From a virus, in the IMG/VR virus record IMGVR_UViG_3300044462_000123: a DNA stretch of 51,167 bases, one strand, 5' to 3'. Under the pieces are notes generated by a model. It had not been told where the DNA came from. It ran no database searches and was given only the letters and a program-made list of their open reading frames with translations. Within the stretch, counting starts at the first letter, position 1. Each line of letters begins with the position of its first letter. A program made the translations under genes and the position numbers. This document shows, piece after piece, positions 42,825 through 50,960 of this stretch.

Positions 42825-43243
42825 CCGGCACCAGCAACATCGAGGAGTTCAATCGCGAGGTGCAGGCCTGGGCCGAAACGATGCCGGCCAATGTGGTCGT
42901 CACGGCGCAGAAGAAGCTGGCCTTCGACGCCTTCGCCGGCATCGACGACAAGATGCCCGTCGACACGGGGCACGCGCGCTTCAACACGCAGGTCTCCGTC
43001 AACGACTACGCGCGCGGCGAGATCCCAGGCGTCGACCCGACCGGCAGCGTGGCGCGCGGGCGCGCCGAGGCCGCGCTGGCCGACATCCCGCCCTTCGCGC
43101 TGGTCGTGATCCACAACTCCGTGCCGTACATCGAGCGGCTTGAGGGCGGCAGCAGCACGCAGGCCCCCTCCCCCGGCGGCATATTCGACCTCACGGCCCA
43201 CGAACTGCTCGCGACCTTCGACGTCGAAGGCCTGCCCCCGTGA
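42821..43243 (+). CDS. HK97 gp10-like tail completion protein
   Basis: MPVDTGHARFNTQVSVN ... IHNSVPYIERLEGG matches the gp10-like pattern. Confidence 0.75.
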   Translation: MTGTSNIEEFNREVQAWAETMPANVVVTAQKKLAFDAFAGIDDKMPVDTGHARFNTQVSVNDYARGEIPGVDPTGSVARGRAEAALADIPPFALVVIHNSVPYIERLEGGSSTQAPSPGGIFDLTAHELLATFDVEGLPP

Positions 43244-44559
43244 CGACCTACACCGCCATCGCCACGCGCGCCTTCACAGTCAGCCCGGTGCCAGATCACC
43301 CGCACGCGATCCTGAAGGTCTTCCTGCCGAACGGCACGCCGAACCCCGAGGGGCACCCGGCGTGCATCTACAACATCCTCGAGAACGTCATCGACTGCGA
43401 CATGATCGACGTGATCGACGAGAGCCGGCCGGAGCTCGCGGCGATCCTCGATGCCCACAGCGCCCTCATCCTCGTGGCGAGCCCGGTCGCGCGTGGCGAC
43501 AACACGGGCAACACGGAAGCCAGCGTCGCCTACGACCCGGACAACAACCTGTTCGGGCCCAGCTACCGCGGCAACGGATGCAACTGGGCGCCGACGCTGG
43601 GCGTGCCCACGGGCCTGCCGACGGGCACGCATCCGATGGCCGACCCGCTCTGGTTCATGACCATCAAGTCCTACCCGCAGGCGGTGCAGTACGTCGTTAC
43701 GCAGCTCGTGGCCGAGTTCAATCTCGACCCGACGCGGCTGTGGGGCGGCGGCAGTTCGGCGGGCGGCCTCGGCGTGCTCGCGACGATGTGGGGCCCCAAC
43801 CGCGCGCCGCAAATGTTCCCCGGCGGCAGCGGGCAACTCGCGGTCGACACGCGCGCCGCACTGCGTTGCGCAGCGATCGAGCGCACGCAGACGTTCGGGC
43901 CCGTCTTCCAGCAGACCGGCGCCGGATGGTTCTTCCCGCAGGTGCCGGGCACGGGCACCGGCTACAAGGTCAACGCCCCGGGCGGCCTGCCCATCGGCAC
44001 CACCGTGATCCCGGTCGACACCGGCACCGGCACGATCATCAAGGGCGACTTCCTCGTGCTCTCGGGCATCGGCGACCGGCCACGCGTCTCGGTGGGACTG
44101 GCTGGCGGGCAGATCACGATCGCTTCGCCGCTCACCGCGGCGCTGGCCGACAACGCGAACATCACGATCCTGAAGACGTGGGACTGGCCCAGCTTCCCGA
44201 TCTCGATCGGCGACCAGACGAACCTCTTCGAGATGGCGCCGCTCGTCATGGCCGAGGCGCCCGCAGAGTACGCGGACAACGTGGCGAACAAGAAGTGCTG
44301 GATGCGCTACCTCGCGCCCGCGACCGCTGGCGCGCCCTACGACAAAACGCACCTGACCCACGACGAGCCGAACGTCCACAGCGTGTGGTCTGGCCGCGCG
44401 ATGAAGGAGCTCATGGGCACGGGCCTGCGGCTCGTGGTCAACGGCGCCGACGCGGCCGATGGCGTGCACGAGGACGCTGTGATCCTGACCGGCGACGCCG
44501 ACGTCTACGCCGACATGATGGCCACGATCTACGAGTGGCTCGAATACGAGTACCTCGGC
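43240..44559 (+). other. Domain: alpha/beta-hydrolase (esterase)-like, aa 1-440
   Basis: Nucleophile elbow LWGGGSSAGGLG (GxSxG; Ser codon near 43756). Ends at the poly-Gly linker GDGGGGGS (44560-44577). Confidence 0.55.
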
Positions 44560-47500
44560 GACGGCGGCGGCGGTGGCAGCGAGCCCGAGGGGGTCGCCTG
44601 GTACACGCGCATCGACCGGGCGATCCGCCAGCACTTCGGGACTGAGGTGGAGGACGCCCTCGTGATCCCGGCGGTCTACGACAACGAGAGCGAGGCCGTG
44701 GCCCTGGCGTCCGCGCGCTGGGCCCGCGTGCGGGTCGACCACGCGGGCACGAATCAGACGCACTTCGGGTCCATCCCCAAGTACCGGCGCGCCGGAGACC
44801 TCGTCGTCGAATGCCGCTGCCGGGTAGTCCAGGGCGACGGCTCGGCCGTGCAGCTCGCCGACGCGGTCGTGGCGGTCTTCCGCGGCGCCACCGTGGGCGA
44901 CGACGTGAACGTCATCTTCCGGCAGCCGCGCGTCGACGGGCCGCACAGGGACGGCGCCTGGTGGGTTGCGACCGTGCGCGTCCCTTGGTACAGCGACGAG
45001 TCCGTCGAGCACAGCGAGGCCGGCCCGGACGATGCGGCCGCCACGTTCGGCGACATCACCGAGGCGCTGCGGGCGCGCTTCCAGAGCTACGTTGAGGCGC
45101 CCCTAGGGCTGACGACGCAGTACGACGACCAGGCCTTTGCGCCTGAGCTGGGCCAGGCCTGGGCGCGCTTCAGTGTGCTCCTGGGGAGCCAGATCCACCC
45201 CGAGGGCAGCGAGCGGCAGTGGTATCGGCAGATCGGCATGGCGGTGGCCCAGGTCTTCGTGCCGGCTGGGATCGGCCATGGCCAGGCCCTCACCATCGTC
45301 GACACGATCGACGAGGCCTTCCGGTCGACCAGCCAGCAGGGCGTGGTGCTGGGCGAGCCGGCGCTGCGCACGGTTGGTCGCGACGGCGCGTGGTGGCAGC
45401 TCAACGTGACGCTGCCGTTCCAGGCGCCCATCACCGTCGCCGACGACGTGGTCGACAGCATCTACCCCACGGGCTCGCTCTACGAGCCGCCCACGGGCAT
45501 GGTGCTGTACGGCCTCTCGCACTTTCCTTCCGACGCCCTGTCCTACGTGGACGCGCTGGCCAACGGCGTCCCCGGAGGTGGTGGCGGCGGCGGCCCGCCG
45601 TCGGACTACCTGCCGCTGGACGTCAGCGTCGCGAAGGTCATACCGGCCGCGCTGACGGCGTGGACCGACACCGACACGCTCGTGACCTTCGCGGTGCCGC
45701 TGCCCGACCTGCTCGTGGCCGACCTTGCTGGGCGCCCGGAGCTGTCGCTCTCCGGGGCCTCGATCTGGCAGGCCCGCACGCTGCAGAAGTGGCCCAGCGG
45801 CTTCGCGAAGTGGGCGCTCTTCAAGGCGCGGGTCAACCCGGCCACCACCACGACCCTCACGATCAGCGGGTCCGGCGTTGGCAAGTCGGCCGGGTCCGAC
45901 CTCCTGAGCCTGACGGGCGGGGTCTACACGCTCGCCACGGGCGCCGTGACGGCGACGGTGAAGGTCCCGTCCTTCAATCTCTTCGACAGCGTCAAGATCG
46001 GCGCGCTCACCATCATGGCGTCCGGCACGGGCGGCCCAGGCCTCCTCGGCACGATGGCAGACGGGGTGACGGGCCTCGTCATCCGCTCCACGGCGGTCGG
46101 CCGCGTCGAGGACAACGGCCCCGCCAGCGCGTGCCTGCGGATCGACGGCGAGCTGGCGGCCAGCACCGCCCCGACCGTCACGGTGGCGAAGTTCGCATGC
46201 CGCTTCGTTGCGGCCGCGCAGTCGCCGGACATCGCCGTCACGTTCACGGTGCAGAACGACACCTGGCACCTGAACGCCTCGCCCTCGACCGACGACAACA
46301 AGCATCTGCAGCTCGGCTGGGTCGAGATCGGGTTCCGCATCAACGCGGGCGCCAGCCGCACGCTCGTGTGTTGCAACCCTGGCTCCGAGACGGCGCAGAG
46401 CATCGGCGGCGTCGGGCAGCCCAAGGACGTCTACTGCTACCAGAAGTACAGCACGGCAGCGACCACCGACGTCTCGGGCACGGGGCCGGCGTACAAGCCG
46501 CACATCACGAAGGACGGAGCCGGCGTCTTCACGCAACAGGGATGGGAGAAGCGCGACGACAACGTCCTCACCGTGGACCTGCCGGCCGGGAGCTGGCCCC
46601 AGCACGGGTACCTGAACCTGTCCGGCGCGTCCGCGGGCTGCACCATCGGCATCCGGCACATGCCCTTCTTCTGGCCCGCATCGCTGCGCGGGAATGACAA
46701 CGGGTCGGTGGGCGTCGGCCTCTTCCCCCGCTACAACCCGGACAAGTACGTCTTCCCGTGGCGGATGCACGAGAGCCGGGAGTGCGTCTTCTCGTTCCAC
46801 GCCGGACCGATCGGCGCGCTGCCGTCGACCAGCCTTCCGTCGCAGGTCGTCAAGCGCCTCGACTACCCGCTGTACGGGCGTCTCGCCGACTACAGCAAGT
46901 ACGACGCGGCGGGCGTCTTCCCCTATCGGCTGGCGACCATAGCGGAACAGCAGGAGCTCTACACCGCGCTGGGGATCGCGCACACGCCGGCCGTCAGCAA
47001 CGAGAGCATGCAGGTGCTGCGCTTCCGCGCCTCGAGCACGACGGGCGGCGACAACAACCACGCGGCCGGCGAGGTCCGGCTGGTCGACGCGTTCCTGCGC
47101 TACGGCAAGGGCGGGCAGCTCTTCCGCGGCCTCGACATGGCCGTCTACCTCGCCGAGTGGGCCATCCCGCGCTCTTCGGACTTCGCGGACGCGGACGACC
47201 CTGGCGCCAGCAACGACGGGACGCTTGCCCACACCACCGGCACCTTCGACGACGGGAACAGCGACCAGCACCTCTACGACGAGAACATGCTTGACGCCTA
47301 CTTCCTGACGGGCGACGAGCGCCTGCACGCGTCGCTGTTCGACGAGGCCGACGTGCTCGCCGCGGTGACTTTCTCGGTCAACGGCAACGAGCGCGGGAAC
47401 TACCAGTGGTTCCGCGCGGCCTCGCTCGTCGCCGAGTTCCTGGCGGATCAGAGCCCGACGGAAGCGGCGACGCTCAAGGCCTCGCTCAAGGCGCGGATCA

Positions 47501-48993
47501 CGGCGCACTCTGCCACCACAGTGGACGTCGACGCGGTTTCCTCCGGGTCGGGGTGGGACAACGCCACAGCCGGCGCGGGCGCGCGCGGGTACTACGCCAG
47601 CTCGCTGCAGAACCTCGGCGAGCAACTGCCTGGCGAGTTCTTCGTGGCGCGTGGCTTCGTGAGCGCACGCCTCGGTCCCGTCGCCTTCAAGATCACGCAG
47701 CGGTACCTCACCGTGGCCGACAGCGACGGCGTCAAGGCCCAGGGCCGCAAGAAGGACTTGGCCAAGTGGACGAAGAACGAGCTGCTGGCGACGGCCACCG
47801 GCCCGGACGTGCCCGCCGGCATGCTCGGGCAGAAGTGCCTGATCTACAGCTACCAGATCCACCTGCAGACGCCGGGCGCCGACGACGCCAGTCACCCGGG
47901 CGGATTCCAGCACCCCGACTTCCACTCAGTGCTCACGGCTGCGGCTGAGGGGTGGCGCGAGACAGCCGACGCGGCCTACATCGCGATGGGCGTCGCCCAC
48001 ATCGCGGCCTTCGTCGCGGACGGGAACGTCGCCGTGCTTGACTCGGGCCTCGAGGTGCAGGACTTCGTGCAGGCCTACCACGACTTCGTGACGCCGCCCG
48101 AGGAGAGCGAACCGCCCGATCACCTGCCGGGGATCGTGGCCCACGTCTACAACCTCGGGATCAATGATCACCCCGACCCGACCACGGAGCAACTGGTCGC
48201 GGTGCTCGACGAGCTTGACGGCCTCGGCTACGTGCCGCGGTTCGGGATCACGCTGCAAGACCAGACCGGCGACCCGCAGATCCCACTCGACGACGTGATC
48301 GCGACCACGAGCACCTACGACGATCAGATCGACACGCTCGCCCAGGCGCTCGTGGAGTTCGACAAGCCTGTCTTCCTCGCGATCGGGTGGGAGTGCAACG
48401 GCCACTACACCACCGCGTACTACCCTGCCGCGTTCCGCAAGATCGTGGACATGGTCCGCGCCGCGGGCGCGACCAAGGTCGCCTTCGTGTGGGGCATCGA
48501 GGCCACGCCCGCCAGCAACTACGACGACTGGTATCCGGGCGACGCCTACGTCGACTGGTTCGCCGTCGACGTCTTCCGCAAGGACAAGTACCTCACCGCC
48601 GGGCACCCGGTGAACACGCACTTGGTGACCTTCCTGGCCTACGCGGTGGCGCACAGCCGTCGCGTGATGCTGCTCGAGGCCGAGGCCGTGGGTGAAGACA
48701 TGCCGGGCGGCACGATCTTGCCCGATCCCGCGGACGGCACGGCGCAGTACGCCTACTGGTTCCACGCGTTCTTCGCGCTGCTCGCGGCGAACCCGATCAT
48801 CGGGTGCTTCGAGTACACGAACCAGGACCTGACGGGCAGCGGGTACGACGTGCCCGGCATGGGCTGGAAGAACGGCAGACTCGACGTCAACAGCGACGTC
48901 TTCTTGCCCTGGGTCGCAGAGATCAGCCAAGAGAAATACATCGACTCGTCGCGGCGCGACCTGCTGCTGCACTGGTCAGAAAACCACGGTTAG
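43240..48993 (+). CDS. Giant multidomain virion protein (1,917 aa): esterase-like + 2 x tail-terminator-like + unknown ~840-aa region + GH26-like glycosidase
   Basis: Single uninterrupted high-GC3 ORF. GTGA overlap with the gp10-like gene, and the tail tube gene starts 13 nt after its stop. Domain evidence is given in the sub-features. Confidence 0.85.
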   Translation: MTTYTAIATRAFTVSPVPDHPHAILKVFLPNGTPNPEGHPACIYNILENVIDCDMIDVIDESRPELAAILDAHSALILVASPVARGDNTGNTEASVAYDPDNNLFGPSYRGNGCNWAPTLGVPTGLPTGTHPMADPLWFMTIKSYPQAVQYVVTQLVAEFNLDPTRLWGGGSSAGGLGVLATMWGPNRAPQMFPGGSGQLAVDTRAALRCAAIERTQTFGPVFQQTGAGWFFPQVPGTGTGYKVNAPGGLPIGTTVIPVDTGTGTIIKGDFLVLSGIGDRPRVSVGLAGGQITIASPLTAALADNANITILKTWDWPSFPISIGDQTNLFEMAPLVMAEAPAEYADNVANKKCWMRYLAPATAGAPYDKTHLTHDEPNVHSVWSGRAMKELMGTGLRLVVNGADAADGVHEDAVILTGDADVYADMMATIYEWLEYEYLGDGGGGGSEPEGVAWYTRIDRAIRQHFGTEVEDALVIPAVYDNESEAVALASARWARVRVDHAGTNQTHFGSIPKYRRAGDLVVECRCRVVQGDGSAVQLADAVVAVFRGATVGDDVNVIFRQPRVDGPHRDGAWWVATVRVPWYSDESVEHSEAGPDDAAATFGDITEALRARFQSYVEAPLGLTTQYDDQAFAPELGQAWARFSVLLGSQIHPEGSERQWYRQIGMAVAQVFVPAGIGHGQALTIVDTIDEAFRSTSQQGVVLGEPALRTVGRDGAWWQLNVTLPFQAPITVADDVVDSIYPTGSLYEPPTGMVLYGLSHFPSDALSYVDALANGVPGGGGGGGPPSDYLPLDVSVAKVIPAALTAWTDTDTLVTFAVPLPDLLVADLAGRPELSLSGASIWQARTLQKWPSGFAKWALFKARVNPATTTTLTISGSGVGKSAGSDLLSLTGGVYTLATGAVTATVKVPSFNLFDSVKIGALTIMASGTGGPGLLGTMADGVTGLVIRSTAVGRVEDNGPASACLRIDGELAASTAPTVTVAKFACRFVAAAQSPDIAVTFTVQNDTWHLNASPSTDDNKHLQLGWVEIGFRINAGASRTLVCCNPGSETAQSIGGVGQPKDVYCYQKYSTAATTDVSGTGPAYKPHITKDGAGVFTQQGWEKRDDNVLTVDLPAGSWPQHGYLNLSGASAGCTIGIRHMPFFWPASLRGNDNGSVGVGLFPRYNPDKYVFPWRMHESRECVFSFHAGPIGALPSTSLPSQVVKRLDYPLYGRLADYSKYDAAGVFPYRLATIAEQQELYTALGIAHTPAVSNESMQVLRFRASSTTGGDNNHAAGEVRLVDAFLRYGKGGQLFRGLDMAVYLAEWAIPRSSDFADADDPGASNDGTLAHTTGTFDDGNSDQHLYDENMLDAYFLTGDERLHASLFDEADVLAAVTFSVNGNERGNYQWFRAASLVAEFLADQSPTEAATLKASLKARITAHSATTVDVDAVSSGSGWDNATAGAGARGYYASSLQNLGEQLPGEFFVARGFVSARLGPVAFKITQRYLTVADSDGVKAQGRKKDLAKWTKNELLATATGPDVPAGMLGQKCLIYSYQIHLQTPGADDASHPGGFQHPDFHSVLTAAAEGWRETADAAYIAMGVAHIAAFVADGNVAVLDSGLEVQDFVQAYHDFVTPPEESEPPDHLPGIVAHVYNLGINDHPDPTTEQLVAVLDELDGLGYVPRFGITLQDQTGDPQIPLDDVIATTSTYDDQIDTLAQALVEFDKPVFLAIGWECNGHYTTAYYPAAFRKIVDMVRAAGATKVAFVWGIEATPASNYDDWYPGDAYVDWFAVDVFRKDKYLTAGHPVNTHLVTFLAYAVAHSRRVMLLEAEAVGEDMPGGTILPDPADGTAQYAYWFHAFFALLAANPIIGCFEYTNQDLTGSGYDVPGMGWKNGRLDVNSDVFLPWVAEISQEKYIDSSRRDLLLHWSENHG
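44593..45000 (+). other. Domain: tail-terminator-like (DUF4128-type), copy 1, aa ~452-587
   Basis: IDRAIRQHF...IPAVYDNESEAV...ARWARVRVDHAG...YRRAGDLVVECRCRV.QGDGSAVQLADAVVAVF...GAWWVATVRVPWY. Confidence 0.65.
45040..45429 (+). other. Domain: tail-terminator-like (DUF4128-type), copy 2, aa ~601-730
   Basis: ITEALRARFQSYV...TTQYDDQAFAPELGQAWARFSVLLGS...YRQIGMAVAQVFVPAGIGHGQALTIVDTIDEAF...GAWWQLNVTLPF. Confidence 0.7.
45607..48114 (+). other. Region of unknown function, aa ~790-1625 (first half beta-rich-looking, second half helix-rich-looking)
   Basis: Begins after the GGGGGGG linker (45574-45594). No family recognised by eye. Confidence 0.4.
48127..48990 (+). other. Domain: GH26-like (clan GH-A TIM-barrel) glycoside hydrolase, aa ~1630-1917
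   Basis: KPVFLAIGWECNGHY (acid/base Glu codon at 48391-48393), AFRKIVDMVRAAGATKVAFVW, DDWYPGDAYVDWFAVDVF, RRVMLLEAEAVG (candidate nucleophile). Confidence 0.6.
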
Positions 48994-49005
48994 GAGGGCA
49001 CTCAC

Positions 49006-50199
49006 ATGGCCAGCGGCGCACTACTCAAGGTCAGTTACAAGTCCGAGAAAGACGCGGCCGGCGGCACGTATGGCGTCGACCCTGGCGCGGGCAGCGTCCA
49101 ACTGCGCGAGGTGCGCTACAGCCGCTACGGCGTCGACATGACGCCCGCCTTCGCCGAGACGGACGAGATCCGCAGCGACCGGCAGACGGTCGACGCGATC
49201 ATGACCGACTTCGGCGCGGCCGGGCAGATCGAGGCGCCCTTCGCCTACCTGATCCACGACGACTTCATCCGCGCGGCGATGCTCGTCACCAGCGACTTCC
49301 AGGCCGGAGTTCTGCTCGCTGCGCTGACCAATCTGACCTTCGCGGCCGCCGGGAACACGATCACGCGGGCGTCGGGCGACTTCGTGGCCGCCGGCATCGT
49401 GGCCGGTGGCTTCATCCGCATCACGGGCGCCGCGCAGGCTGGCAACAACTCGGTCTGGAAGATGACCAACGTCACGACGACGGTCATCACGGTCTCGGGC
49501 GGAACGCTGGTGAACGAGTCGGCCGGCGCCTCGGTGGTCATCAAGCAGAGCCAGGACATCAAGCCCGGCACGACGATCCACAGCATGATGTTCGAAGCGC
49601 AGTTCACCGACCTGTCGAACGAATACGCCGTTGCGACGGGCATGATGGTGTCGCGCTGGGCGCTGTCCGTGCCGACGAACGGGCTGATCAAACAGACCTT
49701 CGACACACTGGGCAAGACGGTGGCGTCCGCCAGCGCGACAACGGGCACCGGCGCCATCATCGCGGCGCCCACGAGCGTGCAGTTCTCGTCGGTCAACAAC
49801 ATCGACAAGGCCTGCGTCGCGGGCGCGGTGGTGTCCCTGACGGCCGTGCAGTTCAGCCTCGACAACCGGCTGCGCCGACACCTGGCGATCGGGACGCTGG
49901 GGCCCATCGACCTCGGCATGGGTTCGATCGGGCTGGAGGGCAGCTTCGAGGCCTACTATGCCAGCAAGGCCGACTGGGACAAGGCGAAGGCCAAGACCGA
50001 CAGCTCGCTTTGGCTCTCGTTCGTGGACGCCGCGAACGACCGCTACGTCATCGAGTTTCCCGCGATCGTGTACACGAGCGCGACGCGCACGGCGGGCGGC
50101 AAGGACAGCGACGCAGTCGCAACCATCGGCTTCCGCGCGAAGCGCAGCACCGCGTCCTATGACCTGACGATGATGCGCTTTTCCAAGATTGCGCCGTGA
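49006..50199 (+). CDS. Major tail tube protein
   Basis: Lies immediately before the G/GT chaperone. N-terminal KSEKDAAGGTYGVDPGAG...LREVRYSRYGVDMTPAFAETDEIRSDRQTVDAI resembles tail-tube families. Carries an inserted middle domain. Confidence 0.75.
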   Translation: MASGALLKVSYKSEKDAAGGTYGVDPGAGSVQLREVRYSRYGVDMTPAFAETDEIRSDRQTVDAIMTDFGAAGQIEAPFAYLIHDDFIRAAMLVTSDFQAGVLLAALTNLTFAAAGNTITRASGDFVAAGIVAGGFIRITGAAQAGNNSVWKMTNVTTTVITVSGGTLVNESAGASVVIKQSQDIKPGTTIHSMMFEAQFTDLSNEYAVATGMMVSRWALSVPTNGLIKQTFDTLGKTVASASATTGTGAIIAAPTSVQFSSVNNIDKACVAGAVVSLTAVQFSLDNRLRRHLAIGTLGPIDLGMGSIGLEGSFEAYYASKADWDKAKAKTDSSLWLSFVDAANDRYVIEFPAIVYTSATRTAGGKDSDAVATIGFRAKRSTASYDLTMMRFSKIAP

Positions 50200-50227
50200 G
50201 CCGCAGCAGGCCCCCAACGGAGATCCA

Positions 50228-50641
50228 ATGAAGTTCTACCAGGCCATGATCGACCCGGAGCTAGACCGCGAGGGTCGCTGGGCCGAGTTCGTGCCCGGGA
50301 TGCGTTTCCGCATCGCCCGCATGGACAACAAGCGCGCCCTCGACAGCCACCGGCAGCGGCTGGCCGACGAGCAGGCGCGCGTCGGGCGCGCCAAGATCGC
50401 GCCCGAGGTGCTGGGCGAGATTGCGCTCGAGACCCTCGCGCGGCATGTGCTGCTGGGGTGGGATGGCGTGGACGACGCCGACGGCAAGCCCATCCCGTAC
50501 AGCCCGGAGAAGGCGCTGGAGTTCCTGCGCGACGAGCGGTGCCGCGACCTGCGGCGGTTCCTCGAAGAGGCCGCGAGCGACGCGGCCGCGTACCACGCCT
50601 CGGCGAGGAAGGACGCCGAGGGAAACTCGCGGAGTGCCTGA
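50228..50641 (+). CDS. Tail assembly chaperone (gpG-like)
   Basis: Position between the tube and tape-measure genes. Contains the slip site near its 3' end. Confidence 0.8.
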   Translation: MKFYQAMIDPELDREGRWAEFVPGMRFRIARMDNKRALDSHRQRLADEQARVGRAKIAPEVLGEIALETLARHVLLGWDGVDDADGKPIPYSPEKALEFLRDERCRDLRRFLEEAASDAAAYHASARKDAEGNSRSA

Positions 50642-50958
50642 CGTGGATCCTCGAGCACGGCAAGCACGCAGAGCGACTCGAGCGGCTCGCGGCGCAGGGG
50701 CACGACATCCCGGCGCTGGAGAAGCGGCCGGAGCTGGTGTCGGCGCTGCGCCCGTACTGGGACGCCTTCCTCGAGCTGACGGCGGCGCGCGGCGCCTCGA
50801 TCGCGGGGTCGCTACCGCTGGCCATGTGCGACATCGGGGCGTGGCTGGACATGCGAGACGTGCCGCGATCCGAGCGGGGCGAGTGGCTGGACGCGCTCCT
50901 GGCCATGGACGTGGCTTGGCTGGCGCACGTGCGCGAACAGGCTGAGGTGGAGGACTAA
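50228..50958 (+). CDS. Tail assembly chaperone frameshift product (gpGT-like), -1 shift at 50620-50626
   Basis: The -1 frame is open from the slip site to TAA 50956-50958, 2 nt before the tape-measure GTG. Reads ...GKLAECLTWILEHGK... Confidence 0.75.
50620..50626 (+). promoter_or_regulatory. Programmed -1 ribosomal frameshift slippery heptamer G GGA AAC
   Basis: X XXY YYZ in the correct phase (GGA = 50621-50623 in the chaperone frame), 13 nt before the zero-frame stop. Lambda G/GT uses G GGA AAG. Confidence 0.75.
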
Positions 50959-50960
50959 AG

